NCBI GenBank assembly: GCA_000320545.1 | Contig: ADNK01002350.1 | Location: 1 to 47,081 of the forward strand | DNA: 47,081 bases | DNA from: Bigelowiella natans CCMP2755 | Lineage: Eukaryota > Protista > Cercozoa | Reading direction: 5' to 3' | Shown: one piece after another, positions 37,741 through 47,081 of the stretch | Numbering within the stretch: the stretch's first letter is position 1 | Layout: each line of letters starts with the position of its first letter | The notes under the pieces: generated by a model | What the model saw: the letters and a program-made list of their open reading frames with translations, nothing else | Told to the model about the DNA's origin: nothing | The model's database searches: none | Translations under genes and position numbers: made by a program

Positions 37741-40000
37741 GGGGGGGGGCGAGGGAGGGAGGTAGTGAGGAGATTATCCGATTGCAATGGAGACCTCCAT
37801 TTTGTTGTCTTTGCTGCTTGGACCGTGCCACAGGGAGTAGACAATGCGGGTGTTGGAGGACGAAAAGGCCTTCGACAGCGACAGGATCCATACATCGTGT
37901 AGACTGTACTTTGTATATCTCTCTCGCTGTTTCCCGGAGATCTGGATGAAGAACCTCGGCTTTTTGGGTAGGTTCTGACATCAAAATTCGACCAAAATCA
38001 GAGAACCGTTTTTATTGTGTGTAGGATCCCGGGCGGGGGGTGAGGGGGGACAAGCATACATGTAGAAAGTGAGGGAGATTGAACAAGTACCTCGTCGCCT
38101 TTCTTCTTCCTCCAGTTACGGTTAGTGGTGTAGTTGACGTTACTATAGAATGCAATTCCCCGTCTCCTCCACATGCGCTCATCTACCGCAACATTCTTTT
38201 GACTCGCAAAGGAGAAATACTTCTTCGCTTGCTCGGTGATCCTTGCTTGAGCTTCCTCATACAGTGCTTCCGTAAAGACCTTACGATATTGTTGAATCGA
38301 TTTGAAACTCGAAGAGATCTGCACCTGTCTCTCCTGAGCGCCATCTTTGCCTCCTCCACGAAATTGCAGACGGGAAAATTTGGTTGACGCAGTGGTCCGA
38401 ACAAGAGAGACATTGGCCTTTCTTTTCTTCACTTGCTGCGTCCTCCCCATCTTCAAGTGTTGCTTCTTCGCTTTGCTTAATGACGGATACCTTAGTCCTG
38501 AGGACTTCGCTAACTTCTGACTTGAGGATTCCGCAGCATAAATATTACTCATTGAAGAGAAGGTGGCCATCGAAGAAGAAGAATGGGAAAGATCTATTAG
38601 GTCATGTTCACTAGGCCTTGAAGCGGTTTTCTTCTCCATCGCCGACAAAACAACATCGCCACAATGACTTTTTTTGACGACTCTGCAGGATTTCCTCTCC
38701 TTGGACCCGCTCCCGGTAGTTGAGCCGAACAACGCAGTAAATGCTGCATCCTGCTCAAAATCGTCTTCGACATCGTTTCCACTGCCCGAAAGGTAATTAT
38801 CGGAAAATCTCCCATCTGCCGCGCAACTCGAAAAACGCACATTAGGTGAAAGAGCAAGGGGGCTCTCGAACGCGTCGTCATCGTCATCTTCATTCATTTT
38901 AGCGGGAGAACGTGAAGCCTTGAAGTTTCCTATGCGTCTGGGGTTTCGTACTTTTGTCTTCGGAGATAGTGACAGATTTATAGCTTCCGAGAACGACCCA
39001 CGACCCAATGAGCGGCTTCTGAGACCAGTTTCTTCTTTCACTCCTAACTTTGTTCTCCATGGCGGGTTTGCGTCAGATCCTGGTCGGTCAAAAGTGCTGC
39101 TGCTGCTGCTGCTGCTAGTACTTTGAAGGCGGTGATCCTCCTCCTTTACTCCCGGTCTTACTTTGGCTGGAGGAACGAACTGTCAATAAGGAAAAGCACA
39201 GTAACGGCGAGCATAACATACCCCCCGTCAATAAGGAATAGCACAGTAACAGTTACAGTTGAAGGTATGATGTTACTCAAATTCTAGAGGCGAGCATAAC
39301 ATACCCCCCGTCGCTTTTTCCGCTTGAATTGTGATCGAACCCGTTGTCTTTTAACGCTGGTTGGCTTTCAACCGCCGCAAACACAATATTTTGGCGATGT
39401 TATAATACGTTTAAATTCCATTTTTTTAAAGGTATAAGTTATCTTTCACCTTCTTCCATTTCTCAGTAGCAGTATTTTGGCTTCCTAGAGTGATCGAGTC
39501 AGCCCCTCCTTTATTCGCCTTCTCGCTGCTGCAGCTTGGTGGTAAAACATCTTGTTCTTCCAGCTTTTGCACAAGCAGGCTTCCGATACGAATGTTGTCT
39601 TCTTCATCAAAGTGAACTCCTTGTCTCAGAAAGCACTCGTCGATAACCTTCCCATCTTCGTTGCGTACCTGAGCCTGACAATAAAGGAGTTTTCAGTCAG
39701 AACACTACTTATCGCTTTTGTATCCGCGACCGTGAGTCACACTCCTAATACCTTTTTGTTCGCAGCCTTGAACGAAAGGGTTCCATCTTGCCACTTCTTG
39801 TTTTTCTGCGTCAAGCGCTGCATGTAGGGAAATAGACAATCGGAAACAGTAAACTTCTTTAACTCGCATCAAATGAAGTATGTATTTGCTGAATGAGACG
39901 AGATTGATATAAAAGACAACGATCTCTGGGCGCCAAGGTACGCCGTATGACTAATTTCTACCTTCGTGTACATGACTATGAACCCCCTGTCACGATCCAT
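33990..40000 (-). CDS. ZGRF1: ZGRF1-like UPF1-superfamily (SF1) DNA helicase with N-terminal DUF2439-like domain and long acidic C-terminal extension
   Basis: Spliced N-terminus MDRDRGFIVMYTKRLTQKNKKWQDGTLSF; QVQISSSFKSIQQYRKVFTEALYE; LVHGPFGSGKS; KTNVAVDRILEGLL..FGRVGSQKKI; DECSQ; GDPKQLPP; LRNQYRCHPKI; STVDAFQGAEKDIVIL; NRINVAITRARRHL; AG|C splice joins ORF 33990..35276 in frame. Confidence 0.88.
39182..39312. repeat. Interleaved direct repeats within a ZGRF1 intron
   Basis: gtcaataaggaa(a/t)agcacagtaac at 39182 and 39227; ggcgagcataacataccccccgtc at 39206 and 39289. Confidence 0.9.
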
Positions 40001-40468
40001 CGTGAATCGTGAAGAAGCTCAGCTGCGGCTATGCAAAGGGAGGGAAGAGGTTCCTGTTGGGGAATTCCTGATAAAGTTGGATGTTGGCCTTTTTAACTCT
40101 ACGACAACCAGAAAGTCATTGTCACACTGAAAATCTCTTGTGATGCTCCTGGAATCAGAAACATAAGACATACGAGGCGTTCTAGTTTCAGCGACATTCG
40201 GAAAATCAAGTCGGAGCAAGAAAATCGATCTCTGGGGATGATTGATTAACGACCCGCCGCCCCTCAGATCGCTTCTCGACCCTGGATGCAGGTTGCTTTC
40301 TTGACGCTGCATACCATCAGGCTGATTGTCCAATCGAAGTCAGCGTGATAAAGTAGCATTCAAAAATATAGATGGCTGGGAAATGACGATGACGATAATG
40401 ATGATGATGATGATTATGATGGGGCGCTGGTAGTTCGTGACTGGAAGAAAAACAATCGTTCTTCGGAT

Positions 40469-40608
40469 ATGACGGAATCGATAGACAATCTCTTGAAGCT
40501 AATCAAACAAAGCCAGCATCTTCGGGCGGATCAAAGTGACAAGAAAAAGAGCTTTTCGGTAATAACGTTGGTTTCACTCCCAGAACTGTATCTTAGTTTC
40601 ATTGTGCT

Positions 40609-40657
<49 letters not shown>

Positions 40658-42674
40658 TCTCTGATATCAGTTGAAAAGCATCGAGAATGCGTTGAAAAGA
40701 GAAGGGGGGAAATCCCTGCTGAACGCACGCGGTAGCAGCGGTCAGACACTGCTGACGCAAGCGGTTCTCTCCAGCCGCCATGATGTCGTTCGGCACCTGC
40801 TCCATGCTAAAGTGGACCTTGAAATCGGCTCAGACGAGGGGTCGCTGCCGGTCATGCTCGCTGCAAGAGTGGGGCGGATGGACGTCCTTGAGTTACTAAT
40901 CAAGGGGAATGCAGACCTGTGCGTAAGCGGATAAAGGAAAGGGCTTTGGGTTACAGGGAGTAGGAGAGGGAAGTGTTTTTTTAAGGGGGGGGGGGGAGGG
41001 GGAAGGGGGAAGTGGGAAGTTTTCAATTTGTTATTTGATATTCTCTTCCTCAATTTACCTACTCCTCAAATCCCCCCCCCCCCCCTTCCTCTGTCTTTGA
41101 TAAGCTATCACTCAAGGGGCGGTGCAGGATGCCTCATAGCGGCAGCTGCTGCTGGTCGATCTGAAGTCATACGTTACTTGATCCAGGACGCCGAGATGTC
41201 GGTGAATCTTCCGCATGGTCTAAACAGGTTCACTCCTCTTCACGTCGCAGCGTATCGCGAGCAAGTGGGAGCCGTACAGTGCCTTATCGACTTGGGCGCT
41301 GATCTGGCAATTGAGGATAAAAGTGGGCGGTGCGCTGTAGATATGGCCATGAGGGGGTACTCAACCCACCGGCTGCTTGCAAAGGAAACTCAGAAGATGG
41401 AGGACGCGAAGGTAGATTGGAAGGGCCGGCATGACACGGTCATCGAGATGCTCTCCGACAAGACAAAAGAACTCAAGAGTGAGGTGATAGATTATATTCG
41501 TGGTTTACTGTGCTGGTCAGTGAAAGAAAAATGGAGGATCGGTTGGCTATAATATGCCATGCTTTTTACTTTCCGAATTGCCCGTCTTACCAAAACACCA
41601 TTCTTCTGTGAGCTTCACACTTCCTAGACCCTGTAGGCTTAGAGCTAAGTTTTTGTCGCGTCATTCACCCTTCCCCATAAATCAGAAAAAACGCTACGAG
41701 GTATTAGAGGAGAACCTATCACAGACGGAAGTATATCTGAAGAAGACGACTTCGGAGCGCAACAAGTTTGAAGACGCTCTGGTGATGAGCTCCCCGTGAA
41801 ACATATATACTTTGAGATGTGTGCGTGTGTGTGCGCGTGTGTGTGCAATCGGAATGATGATTCGAGTCCTCGTAGGAGATGGAGATCCGCATAAACGAAG
41901 AGCTGAAGCTGCGGTTGGATCAAGAGAGAAAGGACAGAGTACAGGGGGAGGCTGAGATGGTAATAAGCAAGATATTATAACCCCAAAATTCACCGATGAT
42001 GTTGTTTCAAGGGAGTCTTTGCTCCAATCGTGCGCAAAACCCAGAAGGGAGCGTTGCTGGCGCATTCTTTGTCTAAGAAGAAGAAGGAGAAGAAAGAAAA
42101 AAAAATCACTCCTTCTTTGGCAATATGAATGTGGTCTATTCGCAGAAAAAAGCTCGGGCTTTAATCGAAAAGCAGCGACGCAAGCTGCTGGCGTACAAGG
42201 ACGAGGCGTTGAAGCTACGTGCGCTTGGCCAGTACTTGAAAAGTAGCGCCGACGAGACCAAGAATTTAATCGCGAAGGCTGAAGAGATGAAGGGAGTTCT
42301 GACGCTAGAGGCCGAGTCGCTCCGTCGTTCAAACGCAAAGCTGCGGAGTGATCTCGAGGAGAAATCCGCCCAGATATCACAGCTTCGCCTTAGCGCTCAG
42401 ACAGCCCGCAGTGAGCTGGAGCTGCAGAAGAGAAAGAACCAGAAACTTAGGAGGTATAAGAAGAAGCGTCATAAACAGAAGGAAGAAATCCAGACGTGGG
42501 CGAAAGATGTGGTGAGAAACATCAGCAAAAGACCGGCGCAAGCGGCAGTGAGAGATGGCCCAGATAGCAAGAACGGGGAGCCTACTGAAAGCAGCAAGGA
42601 CGATGCGCCTGATGTAGCTTCCGGTATGCTTGGAGATGTCGGTCATGATCCTGAAGGATTAATAAGGGGCGGGA

Positions 42675-42726
<52 letters not shown>

Positions 42727-43395
42727 GAGAGAGAGAAATAAAGATTACTACAAGAATTACTATACACGCGTTTTATGACAACCATTCCTTATGCCTCATA
42801 CCGCCATGTTTTGTGCGTGTTTTCTCTTCTCCCTTGCATTCTGGGTGGTCCAAAAATAACTTCCTCTCAGGGGGGAGGAACAGTGCATTGCTTGGAGAGG
42901 AACCGAAGGCTCCGGCGGAGGAAGATAACCTAGCAGCGGACGACGAAGACAAAGATAGCGCAAAAAACGGCGCATCAATCGAAGAGGAGCCGAAGGCTTC
43001 ATTGCAAGAAGACAAACTAGCAGCGGAGGAAGAAGATAAAGAGGAGAGGGGGGCGCGGAACGGCGCACCAATCCAAGAGGAGCCGAAGGCTTCAGTGGAG
43101 GAAGATGGACCGAGAATAACAACGCAAGATCAAGAGAATGAAGGGCAAAATGAATTAAAATCGAATCCCAGAAAAGAGCCCATCAATGACAATGGAAGAA
43201 ACTCTCTCGGTGTGAGGAGGAGGAGGAGGAGGAGGGGGAGGCGGCCTGGCGCTGTCGATAGTAAATCATCCAGGTTGATATAACCAAAGTCTCTTTAACT
43301 TCGCCCCCCCCCGCCCCTCCCCTAACAACAACAACAACAACAACAAATGACGCGTTGGAACAGACGCATCTTCATTGCAAAACAACAGAGAATAA
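40469..43395 (+). CDS. Ankyrin-repeat + coiled-coil protein with acidic repeats
   Basis: Ankyrin motifs GQTLLTQAV...VVRHLL, SLPVMLAARVGRMDVLELLIKGNAD, FTPLHVAAYREQVGAVQCLIDLGADLAIEDKSGR; heptad-rich 41690-42500; three EEPKA..EED repeats 42897-43110; plausible last exon 43364-43395. Confidence 0.75.
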
Positions 43396-43595
43396 GGAGC
43401 CATCATGTTCGACCTTAAGATACGTGTGTGAAAAACTAACTCTAATTTTGATTCGCATACACCTGTCACCGTCGCTCTCCCTCCATCACATCCCAATCTT
43501 CCAGCTCGAGGAGGCCTCATGCCGACGCAAAGCGTTCCCAACAGCATCGGCGGCCGCGGGGGGGGAGAATGCTATTCTCCTTTCCATCCTCAAGA

Positions 43596-45373
43596 ATGGG
43601 GGAAATTAAGGAGGAGGAGGACGAGGGAGAGAGGATGGAACGATCTCCTCTTTTATCAGCTGCTGACGAGTCAACTCCGCAGGGGGAAGGGATCCCCCGC
43701 AACCAGGAAAGTGCTGGCCGCAAGGGTTCCAGCGATGATAGCGGTGACGATTCCTCTTCAGAGTCGTCCAGTGAAGGATTCGATAAGCTGAATGAAGAAT
43801 TCAAACATGCGTATATGCGAGAGCAGGAAAGGGCGCGGATAACCCTGAGCGTTGGCGGCGAGCACGTTGTCCACATCGGCCAGGAAGAGAAGCGAGAGGA
43901 GGAGACGGATGAGAAGAACTCCTTTCACATCGACTCCGACGACCCGGATCCGGAATCTTCCATCTTCGCCATATGCGGTGATACAGCAAATGCGAGGCAA
44001 TTCGAGCAGAGAATTCTTTATCGTTGTGAGCCGTGAAAACTTGGCGTTACTAGCATGCGGTAGCGTTGATAGCGAGTCGGGGGTAGAAGAGAGAATGGCC
44101 GTCGTGGTCCTTTCGGCATCGTCGCAATTGGGGCGTTGAAGTGTGAAGAGAGCAACCTGATGTCGGGGGAATCCATTATCGCAGAATTTTATAGATTATA
44201 TCCTCCTGATGGCGTTGATGGTGTTTGTGTCTCTGCGTCGTCGTCTCGTCTTTGTGTGTTGTTGTTGTTGTTGTATCTCACGACTGCGCAGTCGGAAACG
44301 ACATGCACCGTGCGCTGAAGAATGAAGAAGGCGAGGTACACATCTCTCGCAAACAGATAGCACGACTTGTGAAGAGTTGGCTCGAGCTGGAAGAGGTGCG
44401 TATGCTCCGATTTCATCCGTGAGAATATGGGCGCTTTGCACCCCCCTTCCCTCTCCCCTCTATGCAGCACATGCGACGTTGATGTGAAAAACGATAAACA
44501 GAACAGTGCCATCATCTTGTCAGTGATATAGGCGATGGTATACTACTCGCATCCTTTCGCAGGTGAAGGAAATGGTGCTGCCAAGCTTGATGTCGGCGGT
44601 GAAGGAATTGCATCCTGAGAATGAGGAGATAAAGCAGCACGTTGATAACTTCCATGCCGTGGCGGAGGACAAAAAGCCTATCGCCTCGGAGAAAACCAGA
44701 ATCGAGATTGCCATTTCCAGCCTCCTCATCCTCGCGTATGTACTCCTCGGTGGCTCGATTTTCATGTCGTTGGAGCGGCAGAATGAGATCGATGCATCTA
44801 AGGCTGATGGACAAGAGGACAGGGAGTAAGTGTATGCTATCTCCTCGCGCAGTAGTCATTTCAACTAATTATTGCTCTCGATTCTTTACTTTCTTCTTCT
44901 TCTTCTTCTTCTTCTTCTTCTTCTTCTTCTTCGCCCCCCCTCCCCCCTCCCCTCCTCCTTCTCCCCCTCCCCGTCGCCTATCAAGATTCTGGACGTATGG
45001 CTCGAGCGTGTTCTTCTCCCTCACGATATTGAGCACTATAGGCTACGGTGAAACCGCTCCGCAAACAGCAGGTGGCCGCGGTATTCTCGTCCTCTATGCG
45101 ATTATTGGGATTCCCCTCTTTAGCTACTTACTCGAGCGCATTAGCGGGGTGATAAACCGCACGATTTGCATCGTCACGGACGCTGGTTTCTCCGTGTTTA
45201 CGACGGCGCATAAGCCTTACGTGCACGGCCGCGCCGGGGAATTCAACTTCTTCAGCTCGACGGTGCTGAGTACCACGCTCATCGTGGCCTTGTTTGGAGG
45301 GGCATTCCTCTTCGTCCAGGGCGAGGGATGGACGTTTATCGAGTCTCTGTGCGTGAGTAGTAGTAGTAGTAGT

Positions 45374-45418
<45 letters not shown>

Positions 45419-45457
45419 TAGGGGTAGTAGAACGAGAAGTCTCAGCATTTCAATCCG

Positions 45458-45503
<46 letters not shown>

Positions 45504-46174
45504 CTCTCTAATTCTCTCTGTGCGAGTGCTTTTTGCTTTATTGCCTCTCACTTTCCCCACCAATCGATGCTGCTGCTGCTGCTGCTACTGCTGCGAAATG
45601 GCGTTTTATGCATGCGACATCGCCCTTCAACAACTTTCATTCCTTTCTCCTTTCTCATATCACCATTGTTTGCGATTAAAATAGGTACTTTAGCTTCGTG
45701 ACGTTATCGTCCATTGGCTTTGGTGATTTTGTCCCGACGACGGACAACACTCGAGCTCTTACTTCGTTATTTATCATCTGCTTCATGGGGTCGCTTTCAG
45801 AGATATTGACCGCCATCCAAACGGCGCTGGGTAACTTCATCAAGAGGCTCACGATTTACTTCAAGTCGCCGAAGGAGGAGAGTGATGAGACGGGGAAGCG
45901 CAACGGCAGCAGCAACAACAACAGCAAGAAGGGGCCCGCTACAGCAGAAGAGGAAGAAAAGGAGCCCGGGGGTAGTCATCGCCACGTCGTCAACGATGCG
46001 GGGTCTCGCATAGATCAGAAAGACTTCTTGCCGTCGGTGGCCATTGCCAGAGCAGACAGTGGTGATTCCAAGCATGGAATCAGCGCTCGAAAGGATGAGA
46101 CCGAGGAAAAGGAGCGGACAAGCTGCAGCACCATGTATTTTCTGCCGACGATCTTTGATCTTAGTCGTATTTGA
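43596..46174 (+). CDS. Two-pore-domain (K2P-like) potassium channel
   Basis: M1 LAYVLLGGSIFMSLE; P1 WTYGSSVFFSLTILSTIGYGETAPQTAGGR..YAIIGIPL; P2 EGWTFIESLYFSFVTLSSIGFGDFVPTT; both ends uncertain. Confidence 0.88.
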
Positions 46175-46375
46175 AGAATATGTGAGCGTAGCTGACTCGA
46201 ATGGTTGTCTTGTATCACTGATAGGAGGGGGGGGGCTGAACGAGCGGCGCCGCAAGGTAGCAGCATAGAGCTGCAAACAACCGTCGTCGCCAAAAATCCA
46301 GGAGAGGAAGAGCAAGGTAAATGAATGAGTTCCGAATCGCGATGGCCAAAAGATATAAGCTGCTGTTTATCCATC

Positions 46376-46900
46376 GATGAGAGCAGCCAAGAGAGCGAGC
46401 GGCGATGAAGTTTCGAATGCTTGCAGCGCAGCGTGGTTTTGTGTTCTTCTTCCATTCCCCCAGCACAGCTACTCGTGCGTCTTCTTGAGCTTTCACTTTC
46501 TTTTGGCCATTCTGCTATTTCTATTCACCTGCTGCTCTCCCCCCCCCCCCCCTCTCTCTCTCTCTCACTTTCTCCTTCTCCTTCTCCTACCCCCCCTTAC
46601 TTTGATTAAAAATCGGGCCAGTCATCCTTACTGTTACTAAAAAAAATAAAACGAAGGAACATCCTCATCTCCATGGTGACCCGAGTGATGATAATACCAC
46701 CGATAGTGATGGAAAAAAAGGAAAGGGGGGGGGGGGGGGGAGAGGGGGGGGTATAAAAATCGCTGAGTGGGGAAAAGAGGGTGAGGGCTCAAGAAGACGC
46801 TCGAGTAGCTGTGCGGGGGGAATGGAAGAAAAACACAAAACAACGCGGCGCGGGGAGCGTACGAAACTTTATCGCGGGGCGCGCTCTTGGGTGTTCTCAT
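46376..46900. repeat. Imperfect inverted repeat (arms ~46376-46555 and ~46720-46900)
   Basis: Reverse complement of the right arm aligns to the left arm (e.g. ttttgtgtt.ttcttccattccccc.gcacagctactcg.gcgtcttcttgagc); ORFs 46377+ and 46637- are near-identical in translation. Confidence 0.85.
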
Positions 46901-47081
46901 GGGGTGTAGAGCGCGAATTCGCATTTATGGGCTTAGCTGTTTTCTACACCTAGCCACTTGCATTCGTCGAGAATTTTATGAAAATGAAGTGTCGCAAGTG
47001 CGACATGCTATCATGCGTACCGGCGCATCTAGCATGCGTACCACATAGACGTCAGCTGCCCATCCACGCTTGCCGGCCCCT

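Noticed and set aside
40019-40333. 104-aa minus-strand ORF
   Set aside because: Lies in the ZGRF1/ankyrin divergent promoter, has a non-ATG start and no motifs.
1-47081. CRISPR arrays, rRNA, tRNA, reverse transcriptase or transposase genes
   Set aside because: No repeat-spacer pattern or recognisable motifs seen; small RNAs cannot be excluded without a covariance-model search.

Overview
Gene-dense, intron-rich eukaryotic nuclear DNA, probably from an alga with a secondary plastid (chlorarachniophyte-like; inferred from an IspF with a signal + transit presequence). Recognisable genes are plastid-targeted ispF, a Slo/BK-type K+ channel, dynamitin (DCTN2), an adhesion-GPCR/polycystin-like REJ-GPS-7TM protein, a ZGRF1-like SF1 helicase, an ankyrin/coiled-coil protein and a two-pore (K2P) K+ channel. 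There is also another 7TM-like protein and several orphan ORFs. The most striking unexplained signal is a set of 0.5-1.5 kb islands almost purged of the dinucleotide TpA (none by eye in 956 bp at 1529-2484). In these islands TG/CA are enriched and CpG is retained. Surviving TAs are mostly in CTAG or have one TAG strand. The islands abut gene 3' ends, avoid divergent promoters and spill into terminal exons, in one case sparing only the stop codon. This looks like a targeted, double-stranded, context-specific TA->TG/CA (A:T->G:C) hypermutation system, the reverse of fungal RIP. All counts and splice models are manual and need computational confirmation.
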